DNA of 63,981 bases, filler included, from Ministeria vibrans ATCC 50519 (taxonomy: Eukaryota; Protista; Filasterea): NCBI GenBank assembly GCA_943704425.1. It is 10 parts of 10 records of this genome, joined end to end, with 100 filler letters (N's around TTAATTAATTAA, not from the genome) between each part and the next. Parts side by side here need not be neighbours in the genome. Positions count along the whole stretch, not along the records: positions 21,038 to 39,839 come from CALSCP010001579.1; positions 39,940 to 47,098 come from CALSCP010001210.1; positions 47,199 to 49,132 come from CALSCP010001805.1; positions 49,233 to 51,262 come from CALSCP010002272.1; 6 more parts are not named here. One strand, given 5' to 3'. Under the pieces are notes generated by a model, which did not search any database, had not been told where the DNA came from, and saw only the letters and a list, made by a program, of their open reading frames with translations. Below, one piece after another: positions 37,699-49,796 of this stretch (its first letter is position 1; each line of letters begins with the position of its first letter). Position numbers and translations under genes: made by a program.

Positions 37699-38745
37699 TC
37701 AATTTCGTGTCTTTTATCCGTGAATGTGTGGGTGTCTATGTTTAGCTCTGGCACTTTTTCCCCATCTACGTCTTATAAGAGAAATCAGAAATGTAGCCTT
37801 GCGATTGTATTTGTGTGTGTTTGTGTTTGTGTGTGTGTGTGTATTTCTCTTATTAGACGTAGATGGGAAAAAGTGCCAGAGATAAACGGGCATGAAATTA
37901 ATTTCGCATTCTACACACGCTCATACTCAATGCGCCACTCGGGGTAGGCGAGGCTGCGCTCGTAGACAAGAAACTCTCGAAAGCGTTGCAAACACGCATG
38001 CGGATTCTCTCGTGTCGATGGTGCCACAAGGCTGTCACAGCGGGGATGCGCACACACATCACTGGGGCAGCTGCGTGTACATGGTGGGCGCCGGCGTTAC
38101 GTGCACTGTGTGAGCGTCGTACCTGCGTGGCCGAGAAGAACACGACACACGAACATGGTGAGTGTTGCACCCGCCACATACTGGTCACTCTTCGAAGACC
38201 TGTGCAATTGGTCTCAGTTTTCAGCTCCGATCGCATAAAATTACTTACCGCTCCGCAAAAAATTACATCAACCTGTTGTAGACCGGAAAAGTCGACCAGA
38301 CCGTCCATATTAGTCATCTCAAAATGAAGATCCGATACAAATCTCCAGAGTAACGTATAATTGTATATACGTGAGTCAGTACTCAGTATACGTAGGAAGG
38401 CCGAAGGTGGAAGGTAATTAAGCTTTCACGAAGAAAATGAAACTTGTTGATATACTTAAATATAATCATAATAATAATAAATAATTAATATAATTAATTA
38501 TTGTATAATAATGATACGTAAGTTGTCATCCTTCTTTTTCTCATACATTTGTTTCACTTTGATTAAAATTTGGAGGCCAAAAATTATAATTCTTAGCATT
38601 TAGCGAATTTAGCAAGGAGCCTAAAAGTCGCCGAGTGATATTGTGGTAAAATGCCTGGATATTGTACAGTTGTAAGCATTGATCGAAACCTCTATTTCTT
38701 TTCATTAATTCATTCTTTCTCACACACTTTCGAAATCACTTCAAA

Positions 38746-39213
38746 ATGCAAGATAATCAAGAGAGCAAAAAGGTAACGTGCGTCCGTCTCATCGACATCA
38801 CGAGCGCTGGGCTCATTGCGGTGTGTCAGCACTATCTGACGCGAACTGGCGAGGTTCTCAAAGCCGACTGCCCAGATCCCTGTACCTGCAGCAGCAAGTG
38901 CTATCACAGCCGCGGCAAGGGATCCAAACAAAGCAAAAACGACACAAAGTGTCCCACCTGCAAACTTGACCCCGTCTCGCCGCGCTGGAAGGCAAGTTGT
39001 AAAAGTTGTCGGATGCGCTTCTCCAAACTCAAATCGCTCCACGGAACCGGCAAGCCCTCTCTCGCTCACTCCAATGCATCCCAATGGCTATGCGACCCTC
39101 TACAGATCTTTCGCGTCTTCACTTCGCCCACCTTTGCGGTGGAGAGTGTCGAATCGGCCGACGGATCGGCCGTTTTCAATTTCCTTGCCTACAACAAACT
39201 CGTCTTGGGTTAG
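38746..39213 (+). CDS. Cys-rich subtelomeric ORF ending in a telomeric repeat
   Basis: 155-aa ORF with CQHY...C..C..CYH and CPTC...CKSC; the stop TAG lies inside GGGTTAGGG. Confidence 0.45.
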   Translation: MQDNQESKKVTCVRLIDITSAGLIAVCQHYLTRTGEVLKADCPDPCTCSSKCYHSRGKGSKQSKNDTKCPTCKLDPVSPRWKASCKSCRMRFSKLKSLHGTGKPSLAHSNASQWLCDPLQIFRVFTSPTFAVESVESADGSAVFNFLAYNKLVLG

Positions 39214-39231
39214 GGTTAGGGTTAGGGTTAG
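39207..39231 (+). repeat. Internal telomeric repeat tract, (TTAGGG) x about 4
   Basis: GGGTTAGGGTTAGGGTTAGGGTTAG. Confidence 0.92.
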
Positions 39232-39817
39232 TATTATGGTTGGCAAAGAAGGAGATATGGAGATGAGGAAGTAAACGTTCCAACCGGCGCGTTGGTCAGC
39301 CGCATGGAACGCTGTGTACGTTGGGGCCGTCGGCGTACGGGCAATGTAAGCACAGTCGCTGATTGCGATGTGTCATCCATTTGTTTGAATAGCCATGATT
39401 GGTGTGTTGATGTTCACAGTGTGTCACGAGATGAGTCCTTTGCTTTGTGATGTGACTGGCGCTGCACTAGACGTAACGTGAATGTGAGTGGCTGCGACTT
39501 TGGCGTTTGTTGTGCTCTGCTGACATTGGTGGTATGCTGTCGTGTGAGTGTGAGCTTACAACGATGGTTATGTTTGTGGCTTGCGTGATACTTTCACCTT
39601 GGGAGAGGTGGTGTGGTGTTGGCTGTCATGAGTAGACTGGCGTTGCGGTGGAATGAGAGAAATTTGTTTGTCTTGACTTGTAGACCCTCTTGTAAGAGTG
39701 AGAGAGAAATGGGAGTAGAGAGTTAGAGAGGAGAGGGCGCGATGTATCCTGAGTGGGCCTCATAAGCTGCTTGAGTATGTGTTAAACGTCTGAATACAAT
39801 CGTAAAGTTCATGTCTC

Positions 39818-39839
39818 GGTTAGGGTTAGGGTTAGGGTT
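39818..39839 (+). repeat. Telomeric repeat (TTAGGG)n at contig end, probable chromosome end
   Basis: G-rich strand runs 5'->3' to the contig end. Confidence 0.85.
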
Positions 39840-39962
39840 NNNNNNNNNNNNNNNNNNNNNNNNNNNNNNNNNNNNNNNNNNNNTTAATTAATTAANNNNN
39901 NNNNNNNNNNNNNNNNNNNNNNNNNNNNNNNNNNNNNNNATAAGAATTATAATCATTATACA

Positions 39963-42900
39963 TTATTCGACGGTATGGCGAAAGGACATCGTGCAACTCC
40001 CGCCATTGGGTGTCTGTAGGACAAACGTGGCGTTGAGAGTAAGTTGAGTGGGGATTTGAGGGAGCCACCAGAGCAAGCTTGTGAGTGCTCCCGGTTGAAC
40101 ATGGGCAGGAAGAGCAAGTGACAATTCAGGCGGAGGCTCGACGACACAGGCGCTGTCGAGAAGTGACACCGCATCAACGCGCAGCGGCTCAGTTGCGGTG
40201 TTTACAAGCGACACTGCCACTGCATGGCGATGAGCCAGTTGTCGAAGGGACCATTGACACTGGAGTGGTTCCAAGACGGTGATTGCAGTCTCGGCGCTCG
40301 TCACAGTTGCCTTTTTTGAGGTCACAGTCCAGTGTACCACAAACCGACCTGGTCGGGTAAACGAGACAGGAAGTGCGCAGCGCACAGGGGAGTGCGCAGT
40401 CAGGTTACCAATAGAGTAGTACGAGGTGGCGCTGAGGGCGTGGGAGGAAAGTACTGCCAACGTGGCGTCGTCGACAATGGTGACATCTCCTTGAACAGTC
40501 ATCGCGTTGTCATTTCCCTCGTCCTCCGCGTCGTACATGGCCACAACAGATACACGTACGTCACTGGCGTTGCCTTCGCCAGGGTGCACAGTCCACTTGA
40601 GCAAGTGCGTGGTATCGGCCAGCAGAACTCGCCTGTCGTCGGCGAGCACGCGCAAAGACTGTTTCGAGCTGTTGACGAGCACCAGTCGAGTGTCACGGCC
40701 AACGTCGCGTACCTGGTGGTCCAACACAAGACCTCCAACGGCAACACGAAGCCGATCAAGGACATACTCAACCTGGGTGCCGGCCGGTGGATCGGGAAAC
40801 ACACACTCAAACAAGAGGCGGTTCTCTCCTGGCACGACAACGTCCAGAGTGCATTCAAAAACAAGACGCCCCGACATGTCCGTCTCAACCGTGTCGCCCG
40901 CTTCATGCAGCTCGATTGAAGCATCCGCAGTGTCCACGCCGTCGTCATCCTCATTGGTAGCGTTGTCATTGCCACCAATGGCATCCCCCTCCTCCTCCTC
41001 CTCCTCCTCCTCCTCCTCCTCCACATCGCCCATCCGTTTCTTGGTGTCATTTCCAAGCAACGACACGGCAGCAGTGCACAGTGCAGCAACGCTGACACGC
41101 CGAGAGCCAGTTGCGGCAAAGCGACGTCGAGACTGTTCCACAAGCTGGCTACGATGGGTCACTAGGGAGCAAAGCACACGCTCGACACGCTCAGGAAGCG
41201 CCCAATTAAGCGCGACAACAACGCTGACAACACGACAACCTTTGACTATGGCCTCCGAGACAGATGTGCGTCGTCGCAAAGGTGGCGCGACTCCTCCATT
41301 CCAGGACCTTGTCGACTCTTCGTGGTCGTCGCTGCTCTCGTGGTCTTCCTGGGCAGTGGCAGAGACAATGCGCGCTGAGCAGCCAAGCTGAGACAACGGA
41401 ATGCTGACGGTCGACATAGTCGCACCGTAGGTTTGAGCTGTGGATAATGCCTGGTGAAGGAACGGAGCGGTCTGCGACGAAGGACGCAAGGGCGACGGCA
41501 CCGCCAGTCGCAAAGACGAAAGGACAAACGATGAATACTGCTTCAAACGCCACTGACACACACTGAGGAGCCAGCAGCTGTCGCGCTGAAGCACCGACCA
41601 GCCCTGTAAAGCAAACTCACTACTGGCGAGCTCGAGGAGTGGTTGAGCATCGGCATACCGCTCGCGCACAATGTACAACGCTCCCAGCAGCGTCTGAGCG
41701 TGTGCAGTGACGCGCGAGCGCACGTTTCGCGAAAGCGCTCGAGTGGCCACCGAAACTAGAAGACGATCAAACGCCGAGGCGTCCGTCAGCGCCGTGAGAA
41801 TGCGAGCGTCGGCGGAAGGGAAAGAAAAAGAGCGACATTGCTGCGCACCACTGGTGGTGCTGGCCTCAATGGTCGCGTGCCAGTTGGTCTCGTGCAGCTG
41901 CTCGACCGTGAAATCAAGTTGCGCAAGCGAGTGTGCGCGCGTGTCGCTTGAGAAGGGTTGACGACGAGGCAAGTGGCCAAAGAGAACGCCGAGTGCCGAC
42001 AGAGCCTGCAGCGCAACGTAAAGCAGACGTCGTTCGACGCTGTCGAGCAACTCAAACTCGTTACGTGTGCGTCCTTCGCCAATGCGATCGAGCGACTCAG
42101 AGAAGCTCTCGTCAGCTTCGAGTGCAGCAGCCGTCGCTAGTAAATTGGCACGCGACGCACGGCGTCGCTTAGACGAGAGTACATCGAGGAAGGATGCGGT
42201 GAAGCGAGCACTACGACGACGCTCTGGTGCGGCACCGTCGTCTTGCGCACCACTGTCTTCCGCTTCTTGTTCAGTCTCACGAATGCGACTCATGGACGGG
42301 TCCAGCAAATGGCCGCGCAACTGTCGACAGCGATCGGCGACCTCCATGGCCGTTGAAAACCGCCAGGCATCGGTAAATTCATCGCCACAGGTGTGACGTA
42401 GAGGTGCGCTTGTATCGGCAATGAACACGAGAGCTCGCTCGGCCATGACGATGCTCTCGCTCTGTGCAAGCAGCAGTCGTGCGCGGTTGGCATGCATATA
42501 GACAAGCAGTTGGAAAGGCGAAATAGAACGCGTGCATATGAGTTCGCGCCGTTGCTCAAAGGCTTCGGCACCCCCACCATCCAAAATGCTGCAGTTGTAA
42601 AGAATGCCATCGAGCACACGCGCGATCTCCTCGGTGTAAAGGCCGGCCGAAAAGCCTTGAGCGTCCTTGGCCGACGGCGGCGATGAGGGGGAGGGGGCAC
42701 TCACAAGAGGCAGGCAGAAATAGGAGGCGGCTGACCGAGTGCCCACCGCGTGAGTATCGTCCAAAACCACCTCGAGTTCGTCGTACTGCTGCACCGCATC
42801 ACGGTATAGACCCATCATCTCGAGGGCAAGAGCAAGTCCTTCCTTGAGCGCAAAAAAATCAAGGTAGTCCCAGTCAGGCTCCTTTCGCGCGGCAATGGCA

Positions 42901-43502
42901 GACTGCAACGCCTCCTGGTAGCGCGCATGACGACGACTGAACGTGCTAATCATGGCCGACCGGAGGGCCATAAGAGCATCGCTGGTCCAGCGGACAGGCG
43001 CTAAGGAAACGTCACTCTGCGTGTCATCAATGTCAACACTGGAAGCACTGGCAATGAGAGGTGCCTCCTGGAGTTGCACACAGTGGCAAGGCTCCTTCTT
43101 GCGCTTGCTTCCAAAGTCGCTGCGTACGCGATCGAACATGCTGCGACGGAGTCGCACCCTACGGTCGTCGGGTGGTCCCACGTACAAAATGAGGTAGTCG
43201 ATATTGGTGGTTGACACAAGTTCAACCCAGTCAGCGATTTCTTTGCGGACAACGTCCTTGTAATGATCGACATCCTGGAAGGAAGGGGGTGTATGACATG
43301 GTGCCAGTCCAAAAGTGATCTTCTTACGTTGCATTGGAGAATGTAGAGAAAGGCGAGCGGCTCGTAGCACTCGTCAGCAAGAGGTGCTCTCGAGTGGACG
43401 TGGTCGTTGTTGAAAGGAAGCATGTGGGGATAGATGCGACGCATCAAATGGCGTCGATTGAGTGGGTCCGTCCTGCGCCCAAACGCGAATGAGTGAGAGA
43501 TT

Positions 43503-43592
<90 letters not shown>

Positions 43593-43810
43593 TGAACACA
43601 GACCATTACCAGCGTGTGTTGCGAAATGGAAGCGCGTCCTGAAGCATTGGATCAAGACGCGGCCAAATGCATGAGGGATCGTGTACTACGGAGGGGAACG
43701 AGTGTTAGTTGTGGTGTCTGTTTCAATCAAAGTTGCATTGCAAGACCGGAAATGAAAGGCGACGATAGACATGCTGCGATCTCTTGTGGAGAATCCGCAT
43801 GGGTCTCCAT
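39963..43810 (-). CDS. TRAPPC10: TRAPP II subunit TRAPPC10/Trs130; may be 3' partial
   Basis: HDPSCIWPRL...LPFRNTRW, DVDHYKDVVRKEIADW, MFDRVRSDF, PDWDYLDFFALKEGLALALEMMGLYRDAVQQYDEL. Confidence 0.88.
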
Positions 43811-43967
43811 TGGAGAGACGAGAAGAGAGAAGAGATCAAGTGAGCAGCAAAAGAAAATATTTATCGTTAGAACTAAAATAATCAAAGGCCAAGCTCAAAC
43901 TATAATTATTCTTATACCTACCTACCTAGTTTCTACACTGTAATCCATTGTCAAACAACTCTTCACA

Positions 43968-46810
43968 ATGGTCGAGTTTGAAAGTGCGGAGTTTAACAAA
44001 GTGTTTGCGTCGCTGAACGTGGGCGAGCTGTGCGGCCTTGACAAGGAGCTGTACAAGGCCGACTCGAAAAACATGTTCGCATTCATGACGAAGCGGGTGA
44101 ACGAGGCTGATTTCCCCAAGGAAGGCGAGGTACGTGCGGTGCGTGGAGAGAGCTGGGTGCGGGGCGAGCTTGTCGTGCGGATCGAGCGTAGCGATGGCTT
44201 GATTGGTCTGACGCGCACTCTTACCGTAGGACTCCTTCGTTGACACGCTGCTCACCATGATCTATGTGGCCAGTCTTGAGTATGGCGATGTGCGCACAAA
44301 GACCCTCAACGAGCAGATTGCTCTTCTTGAAGCGCTCTCCCAAAAAGGTCCGAGATCTATCTTTTTTTTTCTTTTCTTCTTTTTTTGGATTGCAACAAAC
44401 GCCGAAATTTACAGAATTCCTCGACGAGAGCGGCGAAGAGACGACTGCTTTGAAGATGATCGGCGGAGTTTTGCAACTGATCCACACGGATTTTTCCAAG
44501 GTATGTGTTTGAGACACAGAGAGTGTCTGTTGTGGAGCTGACCCTCACTGTGCGCCTCACTGCAGCCGAAAGTGATGCGTGCTGCGGTGCCCATTGAGTG
44601 CCAGTTGCTGGAGAAGGATCCCAAGCAGAAAGCGACGACCCTTCAGCAGACGATTCCTTCGTATCTCGGCATGATTGACGGCACCAACGCCAAGCTGCTG
44701 GTTCCCTATGCCAAATTGGTGAGTCAATCTTGACCGTTTATGTGGATGAGTGCCTTCCACGCTACACGCTACGTTTCTTACCTCGCATCCTCCTAGTTTG
44801 TGAGCCGTGCGTTTTCTGGAAAGGACTTGTACAAGGGGTCGTACATGGGCTGCCTGACTAAGATCATGGATGCGGATCCCAGTGCGCTTGAGGGTTGCTC
44901 TGCACAGGTGCTTGAGGTGTTCGAGGACGGCGATGTGAGCTCCCAGATGACTGCGGCGACCATGTTGCAGGTTAGAACGCAATCGATTGTCATTGCCACT
45001 GACTCTATCGTTTTTTTTTTATCATTGTTTATGTGTAGAAAATTATCAAGACGGACTGGTCTTGGGTTGAAGGTGCCATGGACGCGCTCATTGATGCATT
45101 GCCACAGACACACGGGTCGATGGTTGCGGTGATTCTGGGTGAGTATGGCGAGAAGGAGCCGGCGAAGCTTGCGTTGCGTCTCGACGACATTGAGGCTGCC
45201 ATGACAGGTGACGGGTTCAAGTACTACCTTGCAAAGATGTATGGTTGTTGTGGTCGTGCTGCCGAGAGCGACGCCAAAAAGTACCAGGAGAAGCTTGTAA
45301 GTGGAAGAAAAGGAAAAGCAACGGCCCGACTGAAGCACGTTGAATAGGCCAAGATTGTTGGGGACGGAGGAGACGCGATGGCGGCCACTTACATTATGGA
45401 GATGAAAAACATTGCGGGAGGTAAGAAGGGAAGAGGAAGGGTCCAATGGCGAACTAACTGGTGGTACAGTGTACAAGTCGACGCTGGAGCCATATGTGGA
45501 GCAACTGAAGGGCATTGTCAAGAATACATCGAACGAGGGATCGCGTACACTTGCACAGGTAAAAGTGGGACACAATTGAATTCACCTAAAGCTGATGTAT
45601 GGATTGCTGTCAGTCTTTGGTGGACTACTACGAGGACCGTACGCTGCAGTCGTTGGACACCGCCATTACGAGCACGAAGACAGAAGTCAAGGCAGTCAAG
45701 GACGCCACGGAGACTAACGCCGCCAAGCTCGATGGTATTCGACTCACTAAGAAAAGCACGAAAACAAAATATATTGATTTTTTTTTTGTAGACCATGAGA
45801 AACGTCTCATGTCGGTGGAAGAAGTAGTGCTGGATGTGAAGAAGTACGTCGACGAGAACATGGCAGAGATCAAGGAATTTGTTGCGGGTGTCGTCAAGAA
45901 GCTGCCTATTCCCATGGATCTCACAAAGGAGGTGCTGCGTGTGCTGTGCATTGGAGGTTGTTGTTCTGATACATATTTGTGTAGAGTGCGATGCTGAAGA
46001 CACGTAAAAAGCTCCTGTTGCACTTCTCGTGCGCCAAATGCACTGCCGGCACTTGCATTTACAATGGCACGGAGAAAACCTTCACCACCGAGACTTCCGT
46101 CTGGCAGAAGTGGGTCAAGGTGCTTTTTGATATTCATTTGATTTGTAATTTTGACGTTGATCTCGTTGATGTCACGGATTGTATGAATGGATATGCTTCA
46201 ATTTGACTGTACACATGTGCATGAATTGATGTATTGATGAATTTTTTTCTTGCTTTCGCACGCCGTCTTGCAGCTTGTACTCACACTTCTCTTGCTTTTG
46301 CAATGTAGGTGTCGTTCTGTGCCTTTCAAACTGGCAAGGCCGCGTGGGACAAAGGTATGCTTTCTGGATCATACTTGCAAGGCTGAAATGCACGTCATGT
46401 CGTGTAGACTTTGGGGGAGTTGTCGACGGACTCAAGGGCCTCTACTGTGCCGCCACCGACAACGAAGCAGCCGATTTTGTGGCGTTCATCAGCGAACCGT
46501 TCCTGACATCGACCGAACAGGATGCTCTCATTGATCAGCTGCGTGCTGCGCATTTCTTTGACCACTTTGTCTACGACGCCCAACTGGGCAACTGGGTCTG
46601 CTTTCCCTGTGGCGGCAAAACAGCACAGGAGAAGAAGGTAGCGAGGAAGGGAGAAGGAGACAGACATGTTGATATACGAGTGTGTTGCAGGTGGCGGAAG
46701 CGAGCACGGGCGAAGAGGCGGAAGCAGCCGTTGGATCGGTGGCTGTGCCGACGGCTGCCGGTGATCTCTACAAGAAGAGCGCTGGGCTGCTTAACAAGGA
46801 CTGGAAGAAG
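43968..46810 (+). CDS. VEPH1: VEPH1/Melted-like protein (ARM-like N-terminus, Cys-containing middle domain, start of PH domain); 3' partial
   Basis: VGELCGLD, KPKVMRAAVPI, VKKYVDENMAEIKEFVAGVVKKLPIP, LRAAHFFDHFVYDAQLGNWVCFPC, PH start GDLYKKSAGLLNKDWKK. Confidence 0.75.
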
Positions 46811-47046
46811 GTAGGATAAGAGGCGCAGCCTATGTTAGAATGGGGTCTTTAACTCTCTATCACTTTGTTTATCTTTGTCACTTTGTTTCTCTTTGTCACT
46901 TTCTCTTTATCACTAATTTATTTCTTTCTCTCTCTTTCTTTCTCTCTCTTTCTCTCTCTCTCTCTATCACTTTGTTTCTCTCTCTCTCTCTATTACTTTG
47001 TTTCTCTCTCTCTCTATCACTTTGTTTCTCTCTCTCTCTATCACTT

Positions 47047-47098
<52 letters not shown>

Positions 47099-47198
47099 NN
47101 NNNNNNNNNNNNNNNNNNNNNNNNNNNNNNNNNNNNNNNNNNTTAATTAATTAANNNNNNNNNNNNNNNNNNNNNNNNNNNNNNNNNNNNNNNNNNNN

Positions 47199-47234
<36 letters not shown>

Positions 47235-47376
47235 AATAATTAGATATTTGCGCTCAAATGCTGTCGTTCTATGAGGATGTTGTGCGCGAAACACGCAACT
47301 GCTAAATTATAATGTAAAAGAAAAAGGTCACAAGGTGAAATTTGTACTGGCGTCAATGAAGAGGAATAATAGAGGT

Positions 47377-49008
47377 TCATCGGAACATGATTGATTCGAC
47401 GGTCACTTTAAACTGAGTGTATGCCTAGGGGAAACATCGGTGAGATTTTTGAACTGGTATGTGAGGACAAGACCGTACCTGCAACGTGAAAATGGCAAGG
47501 AGGAGGAGTAGAATAGGGAATGTTGAAGAGCCCTTCTTGGCAGACGGAGCCGACTCAAGAATGGCCACTCGTCTCTAAAGATGGTAAAAAAGGAGGAGTG
47601 GGTCAGGCAAGTGTTGTTCTCTGTCGTACACAGTTGTGTACCTTGAGATGATGCAGTTCCTGCTCAAGAGAACCGCTCACACCTGCTGACACAGCCATTG
47701 TTGCGTGCACAGCAGCCATGCCCGTCAAAGGCGTGCGATCGTGTGCACCCGGGGTAGAGGGAGTAAGAAAGTCCCTGATAAAAAAATGGCCAAAATGTAA
47801 AGAAAAGACGGAAATAAAAAATAAAGCGACACTTACACAGTGGGTGTTGAAGGACTTGTGTCCGGCCCACCACCGGCGGTACTTGTCGACGAACCAGCAC
47901 CAGTCAGCATTGCTCTCCTATCATAGCAACAAGGAAAAGTAAGTGGTCTGATGTTGGCGTGTGTGGGAAGAGTGGCGGGCTGCGTTGCAATGGGGAGTAC
48001 CGATCGCTGCTCAATGATGCGCCCAGTCGCTTCTTTCGAATCGTCCAAATCTTTCCACGATGGTCCACTTCCTCCACGTCGACCGCTGGGTTCCATTTGT
48101 CATGACTAAATAAAGAAACCATCAGTTGATTAGAAACGAAAAAAAAAACATTAATAATTGTTGGAACGGCCGTCAAATCGTACTTTGGATATTTGTAGTG
48201 CCAATCAAGCTTGTCATCTGTCACGGCGGAGCCTCGCTTAAAGTTGACGCCTGGCCAGGTCCAGTTTTCGGCCTTCATGCGCTTGTGCAACTCGCGCTGT
48301 TGATTCTCCAGAGTCACCTTGCCCTCTGTCGCACCAGTCATGTCGTCGTTGGAGATGGCGCGCGTCACATCTGCCCACAGGTTGTGTGATTCTTTCTCAA
48401 CACGACAGTTCTTCACAGGCACAAAGCGAGGCAGACGAGAGTCAACCACTTCCCGTGTGACGTGCCACAGCGTCTCCGTACGACTCTTGTCGTACACCAG
48501 CTCCAATTTGTCATTCCACGTTCCCTTGATCGCCACAACCTCATCGCCACCTGTCCTCAGAATCTTTCCTCTCACACTGTTGTACTTGCCCCCAAACATG
48601 GGCTATAAATAGAATAAAAATAATAATAATTATTATTATTTATTATGATTATTATTATGATGATTATTATCAATGATGATTATGATTATGATTATTATAT
48701 TATGTTAATTGTACCTTTCGAAGGAATTCAACCTCGGCAGAGTAGCCCGTTTCACGGCACTTGATAGAAATGGTAGAGCCAAGCTCCATCACAAGAGGAC
48801 TCACAATGAAGCCCTTGGCATACACAGTCGGGAAGGTGATGGTGTAGGTCTCGTTGCGCTCCAAAAGACGCAGTGTTGCTGAGCCCTCAAGTACAGACGC
48901 GACGGAAGTCACGTTGAACTGTGAGCGTGTGTAGACGACCCCTTCGACGGTAAACCCCTCCTTGCGGTTACTCGCGTACCACGCTGTCACAGGCGGATGG
49001 TGCGATAC
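47377..49008 (-). CDS. Oxysterol-binding protein-related protein, ORP5/ORP8 type with a C-terminal TM; 5' partial
   Basis: VSHHPP signature, WHYKYPNHDKWNPAVDV, C-terminal LEQELHHLK...FPILLLLLAIFTLQ. Confidence 0.88.
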
Positions 49009-49232
49009 CTACCAAAGATGCGAAAAAAAAAGATGAACAAAAAAAAAAGTCAAAAACACACACACAACTTCATGGGAAGAGGAAGAGGAGGAGGAGGAGG
49101 AGGAGGAGGAGGAGGAGGAGAAGGAGGGGGGGNNNNNNNNNNNNNNNNNNNNNNNNNNNNNNNNNNNNNNNNNNNNTTAATTAATTAANNNNNNNNNNNN
49201 NNNNNNNNNNNNNNNNNNNNNNNNNNNNNNNN

Positions 49233-49291
<59 letters not shown>

Positions 49292-49335
49292 AAAATAAAT
49301 AATTATTATTATCATTAGAAACAACTCAATGAACT

Positions 49336-49421
49336 CATTTATTATTGATACAGTCACCACGCGAAGACACAGCCAGACCAGACCGCCTTGCAAACTCAAC
49401 CGACACTCTAGAGGTAGCATG
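49336..49421 (-). repeat. Dispersed repeat of about 87 bp, copy 2, about 375 bp downstream of the nuclease-like gene
   Basis: Matches 35120-35207. Confidence 0.9.
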
Positions 49422-49796
49422 AGAGAACAGTGGCAGGTCAGAGTGCTGAGTCGTCGCTATCCAATGAGGCAATCGCAACGGTACGCCATACCCCGCACTG
49501 GGGGCTTAGGGCTATAACACCATGAAGGTGTCTGTTGGCAAGGAGACTAAAGTCAAACTCGTGATTGAAGCAATCGGATCGGTGCTCGACGGCGGCAAGT
49601 CCAGGTGGCTGCGGAGCGCCGCCAACCCATTAGCCCAGACACAAACGACCCTGCAGCAACGTCGTCCAAACTACAGCCACAACAACGAGCGCACCAGCCG
49701 CAATCGCTCCCCTCCGCCCGATTGTTCCATTTTCGATTCACCCGAGTTTACTCTTTAGATAGCGCTGCTACAGCCAGACGTAAGCCCTCACTTTAG

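Noticed and set aside
37898-38330. ORFs between the RING gene and the subtelomeric ORF
   Set aside because: Splice-like signals are present, but there is no coherent reading frame or motif.
39270-39320. Hammerhead ribozyme in the telomeric insert
   Set aside because: The minus strand has CTGA, a hairpin and GAAC, but lacks the CUGANGA/GAAA core.
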